From positions 32,001 to 96,000 of the IMG/VR virus record IMGVR_UViG_3300017565_000002: a DNA stretch of 64,000 bases. One strand, written 5' to 3'. The notes beneath the pieces were generated by a model. It was not told the origin of the DNA, did no database searches, and saw only the letters and a list, made by a program, of their open reading frames with translations. Each line of letters opens with the position of its first letter. Within the stretch, counting starts at the first letter, position 1. The position numbers and the translations under genes are program-made. Shown in pieces: positions 1 through 10,581 of this stretch. This stretch comes from a virus. Lineage: Duplodnaviria; Caudoviricetes.

Positions 1-533
1 ATTAACTGATCTAACCGATACTCGATCTTCGATATCAATAGATTCCAAGAGGCATTATCATGCTCACGCAGCACCCGTGGACAATTCTTACCTGTCCAGT
101 GGAAATGCTGCTTAACTCTGGAGATATCATAGTCTTTGAAATATAGGAGATGTGCAATAAGTTCAGCTGTGTTATGAATGATGTATTGGGGATTCAGTTG
201 TGTACATAGTTCAATCTGAATACTCTTTTGATCTCCATCGCCAGTTTCACCATCACCACAAGCTCGAACAGTTTCGTTCAATGGAACTGCCTCTATTGCA
301 CAATCTCTATCCACCACAATATGAAATCCATTCACCGAGGTATTCAACGGATCATTGAGAGAATCGATCTCTTCTTGACCCGTTGAATTATACCGAAGTG
401 TATTATGCACTGTAATATATTCCCAATCCATAGAAGAATTAGAAGACCGCTTCGGTGATGAAGTAGGGAGGTGGATAATCTTATAGTCGAACGGTAAAAG
501 CACTTGCAGATCAGGATAAAGAATTGTGCTCAT
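1..533 (-). CDS. N-acetylmuramoyl-L-alanine amidase, Amidase_2 family (endolysin); runs off left edge, missing from ORF track
   Basis: Manual translation from ATG at 533 (AGGAG upstream): MSTILYPDLQ...YITVHNT...FHIVVD...SIQIELC...KQHFHWTGKNCP. These are the Zn-binding H/E/H/C motifs of XlyA-type amidases. Confidence 0.9.
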   Translation of the reverse strand, partial: MSTILYPDLQVLLPFDYKIIHLPTSSPKRSSNSSMDWEYITVHNTLRYNSTGQEEIDSLNDPLNTSVNGFHIVVDRDCAIEAVPLNETVRACGDGETGDGDQKSIQIELCTQLNPQYIIHNTAELIAHLLYFKDYDISRVKQHFHWTGKNCPRVLREHDNASWNLLISKIEYRLDQL

Positions 534-545
534 TATTCTCAGCTC

Positions 546-893
546 CTATTTCTTGCTACGTATAAATTCCAAAAAATCTGTTATGAATCTTTTAATTCCT
601 CCAATCGTTATCAGCTTCTGGGTCAGCTCAACTGACACCAACCCAGAAACCAGACATACACCGAGAAATGATTTTCCCGGAAAGTAACGGAAGATATATT
701 CTGAAGCCGCGAATAGTAAGATAGCTACAACCAAAGCTGATGAGTATACCATTCGGAGGCTGATTTTCTTTCGTGATGATCTTCCGCTGAAAATATCCTT
801 GGAGAACGCTCCAAGTAGAGTGATGGATAAGATTACGAAAAATAGAGAGATATCATTCGTTAGGAATGACTCTATTTGGAAATTCTCCTTCAT
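546..893 (-). CDS. small multi-TM membrane protein, holin candidate
   Basis: 115 aa, about 3 hydrophobic helices, basic C-terminus, GGAGG RBS, directly upstream of the amidase. Confidence 0.55.
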   Translation of the reverse strand: MKENFQIESFLTNDISLFFVILSITLLGAFSKDIFSGRSSRKKISLRMVYSSALVVAILLFAASEYIFRYFPGKSFLGVCLVSGLVSVELTQKLITIGGIKRFITDFLEFIRSKK

Positions 894-1007
894 TTGGTTT
901 ATGCCTCCTCCGCACCTCCACGGTTCGAGTTATTTCTCTCTACCCAATACAAGTATGATAACAGGGTCTCGATCACGGGATACCGGAAAGGAGTTCGTTG
1001 ATGAGGG

Positions 1008-2039
1008 TTAGTTCATAGGTGTCGAGTTGTCATCCACGTACTTCCTTCTCGCTCTTGTGGCAAATTGGACTAGTAGAATAATAGAGAAGAACCCTATGAA
1101 TAGTAGAATCTGCTGCATACGTGAGACGCTTACAAACTCCGTTATGCTTAGTTTTCTATTTTCATTTATGCCACTGTAGATCGATTCCAATAGACCGGAT
1201 TTTTGTATGATTTCATATACATTAAAGCCTTGTACTAAAATTAATTGATGGATATCCTGTCTTCTCCCCCGGTCGTCTACCAGTTGATTACCCAACAAGT
1301 CACGATCAAAGAAAATGTAACGAGGAACGAGGAATTCATAGCTTTCTAATGATGCCAGATTTCCGTTATTCTTTTCAAACACCGTCTTTAAATTTGATAA
1401 GCTCATAATCTCAATCTGTTCTTGCGTCGTCAACGTCGGGTTAAAAAACTGCCAAAAGATAATGGGATCTACAGCTTTCCGACTTTGATTAATGATGGCG
1501 TAGAATGCTTGTCTTGCTAGATTTGCATTATAGTGTGATTGTGCTTCCATTTCTAGTGATCTTGGACGGTCGGGAGAACTGGAAGCTAATGATGGATCAG
1601 TTATGACACCATCTTTTTTTGTCATAACAAAAATATCATTGCTGTCAGATTTAATGTCGTACATATACTTGCCCTGAATTTGTCCTGCTAAAATGTGGAT
1701 AAGCGGATTGTCATACTCTACGTTAGAGAAGTTCTGTAGATCGTAAGTCAGACGATCAATATTCTCACCATATGATTTATCAATAGCAGATACAACGGAT
1801 GGGATAACTTCCTCGTCTAACTTCACACCGGCTTTGTAGATCGTGTCTTTAATGATCACTTCAATTGTGTTCCACTCTGCGGTTTGTATTGCAGTTATCC
1901 GATCAATCTGTCTACTTTCTGCATCTAATCTGGCTACATATATGACAGATTGACAGATGGCTAGTAAGAAAGCCGCTACTAACACGGAAATACCAAACAT
2001 CCATAGTCTGTCTTTTATATGCCTCCTAATGAAGAACAT
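1008..2039 (-). CDS. membrane protein with TM - large extracytoplasmic domain - TM topology
   Basis: Start revised to MFFIRR (AAGGAGG RBS, late promoter at 2072-2083). Hydrophobic stretches occur near both termini. Confidence 0.7.
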   Translation of the reverse strand: MFFIRRHIKDRLWMFGISVLVAAFLLAICQSVIYVARLDAESRQIDRITAIQTAEWNTIEVIIKDTIYKAGVKLDEEVIPSVVSAIDKSYGENIDRLTYDLQNFSNVEYDNPLIHILAGQIQGKYMYDIKSDSNDIFVMTKKDGVITDPSLASSSPDRPRSLEMEAQSHYNANLARQAFYAIINQSRKAVDPIIFWQFFNPTLTTQEQIEIMSLSNLKTVFEKNNGNLASLESYEFLVPRYIFFDRDLLGNQLVDDRGRRQDIHQLILVQGFNVYEIIQKSGLLESIYSGINENRKLSITEFVSVSRMQQILLFIGFFSIILLVQFATRARRKYVDDNSTPMN

Positions 2040-2071
2040 TTTTAATTTTCCTCCTTCGTCCCATCGCTTAT

Positions 2072-2083
2072 TAATGAGATGTT
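2072..2083 (-). promoter_or_regulatory. late promoter motif AACA-N6-TA
   Basis: AACATCTCATTA, about 33 nt upstream of the revised start at 2039. Confidence 0.7.
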
Positions 2084-2116
2084 TCAATCTGTCGCAACGA
2101 AGGAAAAGACACCTCG

Positions 2117-3088
2117 TTATTTCGAGGTGTCTGTATCCAGATAAGCAATCTTATTTTCCCAACGAATCTTGCCCTTTAGTGCGTTACCCGCGGAACGAAG
2201 CCCGATGTAGACGTGTCCGTTAATGACAACGGCTTCATCTATCTCAATTCCATTTACAATTGCTCGACCTGTACCCTGAATTTTCAATGTGCTTGGAAGA
2301 GAGTCTTGGGTAAGTTTATCCGTATTAAGTTGTAGACCAATTGCGTGGGATACCGCTCGTTCTGCAATGCCTGATCGCGTATCACAGATGTGTGGATTAG
2401 CATTCATACCTAGCAACGTTCTTACATTCGGCTCAGTTGCATATATGGTTGAACTCCCACCGCCATCTAAATTAATCCCTTTTTGGCAACCAAGCGCTTG
2501 CAATACTCGTGCACAATCATCTGCCGTTAATCCATAGTCATTACTACCCCGTCCATCGACAAAGGCAACCGTTACTAGTTGGGTATCCTTGTTAATCCCT
2601 ACAAGCGTTCGGGGTTGGAGGTATAATGCGATATCATCCGGGATCTTACCTTTAGAAATGGATTCCATCGTAACGTTTTTCCCGTTATCCAATAATAATG
2701 GACCTACACAAATAGAAAATCCAACACCATCAAGGGAATCGACATGACCAATATCAAATCTCCCATCTTTATAGAAGAGATGTGGTCGGTCTTTTGTCTT
2801 GTCACTGTCGCCGAAAAGGATTTGTCCATTTTTAATCGTTTTACCAAGGATCGTTGCATCGCTTACATACGACCCATTAAACCAAAAGTTGTACGTTGGA
2901 AATTTCTTTGCGATAGATGATACGGTACCATTTTTACTGTACTCATAGGTAGCAGATTGGATTGCAATAAAGGGAATTTGCAAATAATGAATCGTCGACC
3001 AACGGTTAGCCTTACTGTAGCTGGAGACATTGGTAGCACCAAATTCGGCGACACCATTATTAATTCTCACACGACGGGTGGTTATCAT
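2117..3088 (-). CDS. phosphodiester glycosidase (NAGPA/DUF2233 family) with C-terminal copper-amine-oxidase-N-like domain
   Basis: GPLLLDNG, PRTLVG, VDGRG and NLDGGGSST motifs; C-terminal VYIGLRSAGNALKGKIRW resembles the CAO N-terminal cell-envelope domain. Confidence 0.85.
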   Translation of the reverse strand: MITTRRVRINNGVAEFGATNVSSYSKANRWSTIHYLQIPFIAIQSATYEYSKNGTVSSIAKKFPTYNFWFNGSYVSDATILGKTIKNGQILFGDSDKTKDRPHLFYKDGRFDIGHVDSLDGVGFSICVGPLLLDNGKNVTMESISKGKIPDDIALYLQPRTLVGINKDTQLVTVAFVDGRGSNDYGLTADDCARVLQALGCQKGINLDGGGSSTIYATEPNVRTLLGMNANPHICDTRSGIAERAVSHAIGLQLNTDKLTQDSLPSTLKIQGTGRAIVNGIEIDEAVVINGHVYIGLRSAGNALKGKIRWENKIAYLDTDTSK

Positions 3089-3110
3089 TGTTTATCCCTC
3101 CTAAGATATA

Positions 3111-3142
3111 AAAAGGAGTGAGAGAAACCTCCCACTCCTTTT
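3111..3142 (-). terminator. intrinsic terminator hairpin
   Basis: AAAAGGAGTG...CACTCCTTTT inverted repeat just after the amidase stop. Confidence 0.7.
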
Positions 3143-3145
3143 GAC

Positions 3146-3970
3146 TTACTTCATTTTCTTCAGAATAGAGGCCGTTATTACAGCCATCTCAGCACGGGTG
3201 ACAGTTCCAGTAGGATTGAACGTGCCATCGGGCAATCCATTCATGATACCGGCGTCATTTACCGTTTTAATTGCGGATTCAGCCCAATGACCAGCCTTTA
3301 CATCCGGGAATTTAGTCAATGGTTGTTTTGTAGGTTCACTCACGACGATCTCCTCCTTAATATAAGGTTTATTGAATGATATACAAATACCTTTTGCAAT
3401 AGCCGAAGCACAGAGTCTACGATAATTATCGGAAAGAAGAAGTCTTGCCTCCTTGTCATTATCCATGAATCCGCACTCGACCAATACAACCGGAATATTC
3501 TTGGTATAGGTACTTTTAACAAGACCCAACCAAGATCCATCTTTCATACCCCGATCCCTCAAACCAGTTGCTTTGACCAGCTCAGCCTGAACGATCTTTC
3601 CGATTCTCAGACTTTCTCCGACACCGGAAGTTAATGTTTCAATCCCATTCGCACTGTTCCAAGTCCCAGTCAAGGCGTTTGCATGTACTGATAGAAGCAA
3701 ATCGACCTTTGCGTTATACGCGTTGAGACAACGGGAATTGATACTGGTGTCTTCTTCAGTTGGGGATAATTCAACTGGTGTTATCCCGCAGCGACTCAAT
3801 TCCTTGACAAGATACATGACTACAGCTCGGTTAAATTCCCATTCATGCATGAATGGTTCGCCCGTATATGAGGATACTGTTCCATCCTTGAATTCAGGCG
3901 TTCGTTTTCCGGCAGTCCATAGACCATGTCCGTTGTCTGTACCAACTTTATACTCAGTTTTAACTACCAT
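3146..3970 (-). CDS. N-acetylmuramoyl-L-alanine amidase, Amidase_3 family, with C-terminal SLH domain
   Basis: DNGHG, HEWEFN, SVHANA and LVECGF motifs; SLH signature FPDV...HWA...GIMNG..DGTFNP...VTRAEMA. Confidence 0.92.
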   Translation of the reverse strand: MVVKTEYKVGTDNGHGLWTAGKRTPEFKDGTVSSYTGEPFMHEWEFNRAVVMYLVKELSRCGITPVELSPTEEDTSINSRCLNAYNAKVDLLLSVHANALTGTWNSANGIETLTSGVGESLRIGKIVQAELVKATGLRDRGMKDGSWLGLVKSTYTKNIPVVLVECGFMDNDKEARLLLSDNYRRLCASAIAKGICISFNKPYIKEEIVVSEPTKQPLTKFPDVKAGHWAESAIKTVNDAGIMNGLPDGTFNPTGTVTRAEMAVITASILKKMK

Positions 3971-3984
3971 TGTATCTCCTCCTT

Positions 3985-3996
3985 CAACAAGTTGTT
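3985..3996 (-). promoter_or_regulatory. late promoter motif AACA-N6-TG
   Basis: AACAACTTGTTG, 15 nt upstream of the amidase start. Confidence 0.65.
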
Positions 3997-4026
3997 ATGA
4001 CTTCTTACTCTTGTATAGTTAGTGAA

Positions 4027-7000
4027 TTATATGACCCGTTCGGATATCATAACGTTACCCGTTGGTGCATCAATACCTACAGCTACAAACTTATTACCAC
4101 CATAGCACACCGATCTCCATTTGGTATCTACCGGAGTTGTTCTTAGTGTCCAGTTTAATCCATCAGGTGATGTCATTGCACGATTTCCTGTACCCGTATC
4201 GGAAACCGCTACAAATATCCCATTTCCAAATGCTACAGAGGTCCAACCATTATCGACTGGGTATGATACAGAGAACCACGTTATACCATCATATGAGGCC
4301 ATAACACGGTTGCCGGTTCCATTCCACGCCACCGACACAAATATTCCATTTCCATATGCTATTGAAGACCAGTAGTTATCGGCTGGGGTCGTTCCACTCA
4401 TCCAGGTTATACCATCCGCAGACACCATGACGCGATTTCCGCTTCCCGTTGTTGACACTGCCACAAACTTACCCGCTGCATGTGTCACATATGACCAAGC
4501 ATTACTCGATGCAGGCGTTCGAACAGTCCAATCTATACCGTCACTTGATGTCATAACCATATTTCCGGTTGTCGAAACGGATACCGCTACAAATAATCCT
4601 TCTCCGTAGGTTACACTATTCCAACTGCTAGATGGTGTTGAGCGTGGTATCCAAGTCTTACCATCCGTTGATGTCAAGACGTTGGCACCTGAGGTTTGAC
4701 CAACCGCTACGAATAAGCCATTACCAAAGCAGACAGATGTCCAATAAGAATTTGGGGTTGCCCTAGATGTCCAAGCAGATCCATCCGTAGAAGTCATAAT
4801 ATGCGTGGTCCCACCATCAGGTGATATTGCCACAAATAACCCAAGCCCATAGCATATAGCCGCCCAGCTGTTATTTGCCGATCCTGTCTTGGATAGCCAC
4901 ACAGCACCTGCCTGAACCATGGGCATTGCACGAACATATTCCGCGATTTTAAGTATTGAGTCTTTTTCCGATGCCTTCGTCGTACCTCGTTCTGCCAGTG
5001 TGTCAACTATCATTTTTCGAGCACCATCGACAGAGCTGAAATAATAGGATAAATTAGCTCCAGCATCAGATACCATGGCACAATATCCATTACCCGGAAC
5101 TCCAACTACTACAAATCTCCCAATAGCATAGCAGATACCCGTCCAACCCGGATTGAATGTATATTCAACAGGACCGGGTCTGACTGACCAGTTAATACCA
5201 TCAGGAGATACTAAAAGTTTATTCTCGTTTCCAATAGCTACAAACATCCCGTCACCATATGCAATATTAAGCCAAGTGTATGAGTTAGCCGATGAACGGT
5301 ATGTCCAACTAACACCATCCGATGACGTTATTATGTGGTTCCCCGTACCTGTACCAATTAGAGCTACGAACATTCCATTTCCATAGCACACAGCTCTAAG
5401 ATCAAGAGTATCCGGTGCAGTTTGTAATGTCCACGTCGTTCCGTCAGTTGATGTCCCAATTCGTTGGGTTGTCCCAGAGTTGTGGACCGCTACAAATATC
5501 CCATCACCAAAACAGATGGAATTCCAACCATATAAACTACCAGACGTTGTATTCGTCCAGTTCATGCCATCGGTAGATATTGACACGTCAGGACTTGAAC
5601 CATCCCGTGTCCCCACCGCTACAAACCTTCCATTCCCATAAGTCACGGATTGCCAATTTGTACTACTATCAATCGATGAGCTTAGGAACCAACCGGTGCC
5701 GGTATTCGACCACATGGCTCGACTGGAACCTGCTTGTCCGACTACAACAAATTTTCCTTTTGCATAGCAGATTGATTGCCATCCACTCGAAGAAGGTGTG
5801 GGTGTTGTTGACCAAGAATCGCCAGTGACTGACACCATCACAACGTTATTAGAACCCGATTGGATCGCAACGAATCTATTTTCTCCGTAAGTTATTGATT
5901 TCCAAGAGTGGTTGGCAGCCGTGGCACGCCTATCCCAACGTAAACCGGGTACTGATCCAAGTTTAAGAATGTCTTTAGCGTTTAGTGCAAGACCATCAGT
6001 TGGCGAGGCATTTGCACCTTTGCTGGTAAGGGCATCCCCTATACTAGTTTTACCTGCGTTGTCTCTAGTTAAAAACGATCCAAAGTCTGTTGAAGGTATA
6101 CTGGTCATAACTGAGTTTGCGGAACTCGGGCTATTTGCAACCGCCACAAATCTTCCGTTACCATAAACAATACCTTTCCAATTCAATGCGGTTGTACCGT
6201 CTCTTGGTGCAGGGAAAAGATACCACTCACCCGCAACCATAAGTGTAGTTGAATACATAACTTGATTGGCTGTATCATCACTTGATAAAGCAACCCATGA
6301 GTCACCACCAAAGGCAACCATATGCCATCTAACGTTTTCTGAACTTGCGACCATCCCGTTAGATGGCATATAGCTAGGTTCACTCAATATTAATACTTGA
6401 CTACCCAATCCCCCCGTTGAGGTTTCTACCGCTACAAACGATCCATTGCCAAAGGATATTGATGACCATGCTACTATGTTTGTACCAGTGAGTGTGGTGA
6501 TCTCCCAGTTTATACCGTCAGTTGACGACATAAGTCTCTTACCAGTGGCTTCCGTATACGTACCACTTGCAACTGCCACAAACCTTCCGTTTCCATATGC
6601 TACAGATTCCCATTGCCCGATAAAGGCGTCGCGTAATGTCCAATTGATACCGTCATATGACGTCATTACGGACTGTATATTGCTACTATAGCCTACTGCT
6701 ACATACATACCATTTCCATATACCACAGATGTCCACTGTTTAACATGTGTTAATGCCCCCGTCCAAGTAAATCCACTTGTAGAGGTCATGACATTGGCCA
6801 CGACGTTCGTGGGGTTAGATTCAGTTGCTAAAGCAACAAACTTCCCATCACCGAAACATATTGCTTTCCAATATCCCGTTGTCGTAGCATTTTGGTAAAT
6901 TTGTGGTGTTGTTCGTGCCGTCCAACTTTTACCGGTTGAAGACGTCATTACACCTGAGGTTGTCGTGGAACGTATGGCTACGAATGTATTCGCACCGAAT

Positions 7001-7449
7001 GCAATACCAGCCCATGCGCCAGCTATTGCAGTTTCTAAAGACCATATTTTTCCGGGGTGAAGGCCGCCATCATCACCCCCCTCACCCTGTAAGATAAAAG
7101 CCGAGCCGTTATAGCGCAATGTGCAGATTGCGGATGCGACAAGACGGTTATTTGAAACAAAAAGTCCCTTAGAATCATAAATCGGTTTTGCACCTAATCC
7201 ATTTACGTTAATTGTAGACGAATTGGTGTTTGTTATATGAAACTTGACGGATATACACATACCCTCAACATATGCTGTCGGTGCCGGGGATAGTGTGAGT
7301 GTGTATGCATTGACCGAACCAGCAGTTACCCCATAACCCGGCTGACGGACATAGTCAGCCTCGGACAATACACGAGGTGTTGCAGTACCATCCACATAAG
7401 CGAGCTTCTTACCACCTATTGTACTTCCAGCACTCAAATTACTTGGCAT
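4027..7449 (-). CDS. tail fibre / receptor-binding protein with three beta-propeller repeat blocks
   Basis: Many W-x-x-x-x-(Y/F)G(N/D)G-x-FVA repeats; N-terminus (NAYTLTLSPAPTAY...TININGLGAK-like) typical of Bacillota phage fibres. Confidence 0.75.
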   Translation of the reverse strand: MPSNLSAGSTIGGKKLAYVDGTATPRVLSEADYVRQPGYGVTAGSVNAYTLTLSPAPTAYVEGMCISVKFHITNTNSSTINVNGLGAKPIYDSKGLFVSNNRLVASAICTLRYNGSAFILQGEGGDDGGLHPGKIWSLETAIAGAWAGIAFGANTFVAIRSTTTSGVMTSSTGKSWTARTTPQIYQNATTTGYWKAICFGDGKFVALATESNPTNVVANVMTSTSGFTWTGALTHVKQWTSVVYGNGMYVAVGYSSNIQSVMTSYDGINWTLRDAFIGQWESVAYGNGRFVAVASGTYTEATGKRLMSSTDGINWEITTLTGTNIVAWSSISFGNGSFVAVETSTGGLGSQVLILSEPSYMPSNGMVASSENVRWHMVAFGGDSWVALSSDDTANQVMYSTTLMVAGEWYLFPAPRDGTTALNWKGIVYGNGRFVAVANSPSSANSVMTSIPSTDFGSFLTRDNAGKTSIGDALTSKGANASPTDGLALNAKDILKLGSVPGLRWDRRATAANHSWKSITYGENRFVAIQSGSNNVVMVSVTGDSWSTTPTPSSSGWQSICYAKGKFVVVGQAGSSRAMWSNTGTGWFLSSSIDSSTNWQSVTYGNGRFVAVGTRDGSSPDVSISTDGMNWTNTTSGSLYGWNSICFGDGIFVAVHNSGTTQRIGTSTDGTTWTLQTAPDTLDLRAVCYGNGMFVALIGTGTGNHIITSSDGVSWTYRSSANSYTWLNIAYGDGMFVAIGNENKLLVSPDGINWSVRPGPVEYTFNPGWTGICYAIGRFVVVGVPGNGYCAMVSDAGANLSYYFSSVDGARKMIVDTLAERGTTKASEKDSILKIAEYVRAMPMVQAGAVWLSKTGSANNSWAAICYGLGLFVAISPDGGTTHIMTSTDGSAWTSRATPNSYWTSVCFGNGLFVAVGQTSGANVLTSTDGKTWIPRSTPSSSWNSVTYGEGLFVAVSVSTTGNMVMTSSDGIDWTVRTPASSNAWSYVTHAAGKFVAVSTTGSGNRVMVSADGITWMSGTTPADNYWSSIAYGNGIFVSVAWNGTGNRVMASYDGITWFSVSYPVDNGWTSVAFGNGIFVAVSDTGTGNRAMTSPDGLNWTLRTTPVDTKWRSVCYGGNKFVAVGIDAPTGNVMISERVI

Positions 7450-7463
7450 GAATAATTCACTCC

Positions 7464-10262
7464 TTAACGTATTTTCAATATGCCGTCAGATGTTAAATGA
7501 AATGGGCTATCATATGAATAAGCCCAAGCTGCACCATTATTTATGGTTCCATGACTGGCGTTGGAGGTTGAATCTTGAGCAACCGTTCCATCACCCTCGG
7601 CCAGTTTCCAATAACCCACCAAACCACTTTCATTACCTTGTAGGGTTTTATACATATTGGCTTGAATGTCAGCAGTATTTCTAGCTACATTCCAAACTCG
7701 AATATCACGTAAAGAACCTTTGTGATATCGTAATGCGCCTCCATCTCCGCCTCTTCCGATTTCAAACGGAGATGATGTATTCCCCATAGACTCCACTGTT
7801 TTTCCAGAAGTACCTATGGATATTCCATTGCAATATACGTTAGATGAGGTTCCATTTGCAACCCATGCAAAATGTATCCACTCATTTACGTTGATCGTAG
7901 TGAGTGCTATAGTTGTCGCATAAACATTACTACCACCCGATGCCATCCATGAACGGAAATATAAATCAGTCGCTGAACTAAATACTGAATATTCCCATGG
8001 GCCGCCGCGTTTCCCTAAGACACCACAGTTTGTTTTATCCGTAAACTTAACCCAGAATTCAATTGTAAATATATTATTTGTGAATGATAAATGATCGTAA
8101 TCTCCCACGTATATATAGTCGTCTACACCATCAAAGGAGATGCAATCCGGGCCATCTATCAATCCCCTAGTTTTTAATACACCGTCACTACTAAGACGGA
8201 ATGCATTATAAGCATATGCCCACGACGCTCCGCCATTTATAGTGCCATGATTCCCATTAGACGTCGAATCCGCCACTGTTGTACCCATACCCTCATCTAT
8301 CTTCCAATAACCAACCAGACCACTTTCATTACCTTTCAAGTTTTTCCCAATGTTTGCTTTAATCTGAGTTTGATCACGAACGACACTCCACATGCGTACA
8401 TCCCAGACTCTACCTGTAAACTGACGATCACCTAAAACGCTATTTCCAAAATATAATGGAGCCGTTGACGAGCCTGGTAACGCTAATGTTGCTGTTGCAT
8501 CAAGCATACCATTCAGATATAAATTTGTAACCCCAGAAGAGTTTATAGTAACTGCTACATGATAATCTACATTTGGCTGTAGAACTGTGCTTCCCCTAAT
8601 AACTAGGGAACTATTGTTAGTAATAAAAGTAGCCCTCGGCAACCCCTCTGGTGTTGAAATATATATCCCAAAACCACCAGCGCCGTCGTTATCAGCTGCC
8701 TTGTTCACGATACGAATGGCAGTGAGTAGAACTGAATATTTGAAATTAGCCTCAACGGTGAAGGCTGTAAATCCTTTTAAAACTGAACTATCTGGGATAC
8801 TTACATATTGTGACGTGCCACCAAATAAAAGGCAATCTGGTGTATCCGAATATCCTCGCAGTTTCAGGATACCAGACTTATTCTGTTCGTATTTCCGCCC
8901 TGAACGTCCCCAGCCCCCACCGTAGTTGGTTGCATGGATAGCATTTGACGTATAATCCTTTATTGTATTCCCAGAACCTTCATCCATCCTCCAATAACCG
9001 ATTAAACCAGTTTCATTACCCTTCAATATTACATTTCTATTATCGCGAATTTCCTGCTGAGTTCTTACTGTATTCCAAATGCGTACATCCTGTATATATC
9101 CTTTAAAGAAATACGTTGGAACCCAAGTTGAAGTAAGGAAAGACGGTTCTGCTCCAAACATTAGTGGTGAATTTGCGGAATAGGTGATTGGGTAGGTAGA
9201 ACCGATATCAGTAGTCGCGACAATCACACCATCCACTAACAAAAGTACATATCTGCCATCAAATCTCCCGACTAAATGATGAAATCCGGGCGTGATTGTT
9301 GATGTGGCGACCTGTGCATATCGGTGATTTCCGTTTGCATATACCGAAAATGCTAACACATCCCCAAGGCTGGATAAAGCATATCCGCCATTCTCAGTGC
9401 ACGATACAATAGTCCCACGTAATTCTACTGGTTGTACCCAGTTATCCATACTAACCCATGCCTCTAAAGTCATCTGCGTGGTGAGTTTATGAGTGGCATT
9501 ATAGGGTACTTGGACATAAGCTCCGCTAGTAGGTTGACCGTTAAAATATAAACAGTCAACCTTCGGGCTGTATTGAAGTCTGAATGCGCCGTAGGAATAA
9601 TCCCATTGCGCATTAACCAGAGTACCGTTAATGCCATACGATGAATAATCAATCGCAGTACCATCGTATGCTTGAGTTAAAGGCCAATAACCAACTAACC
9701 CAGTCTCAGACCCGGTAAGCGTTGCAGTCATATTATCCCGAATTTCCTGTGGGGTTCTGACTATATTCCACATACGAACGTCTCGGATTTGGCCATTATG
9801 GTATTTCGTACCGGAGGCATCCCCACCTCTTCCGATTTCAAGCGGGGATGCACCACCGGCGGACATGTTATTAGTCGTTTTATCAGCGGACGCCATGTAA
9901 ACACCGTTACAATAAACACTACTGGAGGTTCCATTAGCCACCCAAGCAAAATGGAGCCAGGTATTCTCTACAATAGGCGGATTCATAGGTACAGACACAA
10001 AATATACAGTAGAACCACCGTGCGTCCATCCATTAAATCTTATTGCATCTCCAGTAGCTGAGGTATATACAGAATATTCCCAATCTACCGTAGTCCCACG
10101 TTTTCCTAATATACCACTTGCGACCTTGGAAGTGAATTTAACCCAGAATTCGATTGTAAATATATTTCCCGGGAATGAGAAATGGTCTTGGTCTGGTATC
10201 GTAATATAGGAACTATTGGCAGGATTAAAACTTACGCAATCATAGCCTTCCATCAAAGGCAT
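7464..10262 (-). CDS. virion adhesin with four LamG/ConA-like (pentraxin-type) domains
   Basis: Four repeats of FTIEFW...H(F/V)A....NG...G.I.DVR.WN..R....I......L.G.E.GLVGYW. Confidence 0.85.
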   Translation of the reverse strand: MPLMEGYDCVSFNPANSSYITIPDQDHFSFPGNIFTIEFWVKFTSKVASGILGKRGTTVDWEYSVYTSATGDAIRFNGWTHGGSTVYFVSVPMNPPIVENTWLHFAWVANGTSSSVYCNGVYMASADKTTNNMSAGGASPLEIGRGGDASGTKYHNGQIRDVRMWNIVRTPQEIRDNMTATLTGSETGLVGYWPLTQAYDGTAIDYSSYGINGTLVNAQWDYSYGAFRLQYSPKVDCLYFNGQPTSGAYVQVPYNATHKLTTQMTLEAWVSMDNWVQPVELRGTIVSCTENGGYALSSLGDVLAFSVYANGNHRYAQVATSTITPGFHHLVGRFDGRYVLLLVDGVIVATTDIGSTYPITYSANSPLMFGAEPSFLTSTWVPTYFFKGYIQDVRIWNTVRTQQEIRDNRNVILKGNETGLIGYWRMDEGSGNTIKDYTSNAIHATNYGGGWGRSGRKYEQNKSGILKLRGYSDTPDCLLFGGTSQYVSIPDSSVLKGFTAFTVEANFKYSVLLTAIRIVNKAADNDGAGGFGIYISTPEGLPRATFITNNSSLVIRGSTVLQPNVDYHVAVTINSSGVTNLYLNGMLDATATLALPGSSTAPLYFGNSVLGDRQFTGRVWDVRMWSVVRDQTQIKANIGKNLKGNESGLVGYWKIDEGMGTTVADSTSNGNHGTINGGASWAYAYNAFRLSSDGVLKTRGLIDGPDCISFDGVDDYIYVGDYDHLSFTNNIFTIEFWVKFTDKTNCGVLGKRGGPWEYSVFSSATDLYFRSWMASGGSNVYATTIALTTINVNEWIHFAWVANGTSSNVYCNGISIGTSGKTVESMGNTSSPFEIGRGGDGGALRYHKGSLRDIRVWNVARNTADIQANMYKTLQGNESGLVGYWKLAEGDGTVAQDSTSNASHGTINNGAAWAYSYDSPFHLTSDGILKIR

Positions 10263-10580
10263 TTAGATCACCTCAATATCTAATGCATTAACCGCCGAAT
10301 TGAATTTAATCTTAAAATTCCCAAAGGTTAAATCATCTGCTGAACTTCCGGTCTTACCAAGTTTACTGACATTTAGAGTGTCAAATACTTCTCTCACAAT
10401 CTTAGGTGTAGCGGCCATGTTTTCGACTGGACTAGCGATAGAAGACGATAACTGAACTAAGCCTTTATTTGCAGTAGTCGCAGTTGCACCTAGTATTTCA
10501 TCGGTTACTTCCAATGATCTAGTTTTTATTTTTCGTGTAACCTGTAAGTCGCCATTAATAATACTGGATTCCATTTCCAT
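10263..10580 (-). CDS. short tail-fibre-repeat protein
   Basis: ATTANKGLVQLSS...AATPK phage fibre repeat; AGGAGG RBS. Confidence 0.75.
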   Translation of the reverse strand: MEMESSIINGDLQVTRKIKTRSLEVTDEILGATATTANKGLVQLSSSIASPVENMAATPKIVREVFDTLNVSKLGKTGSSADDLTFGNFKIKFNSAVNALDIEVI

Positions 10581-10581
10581 T

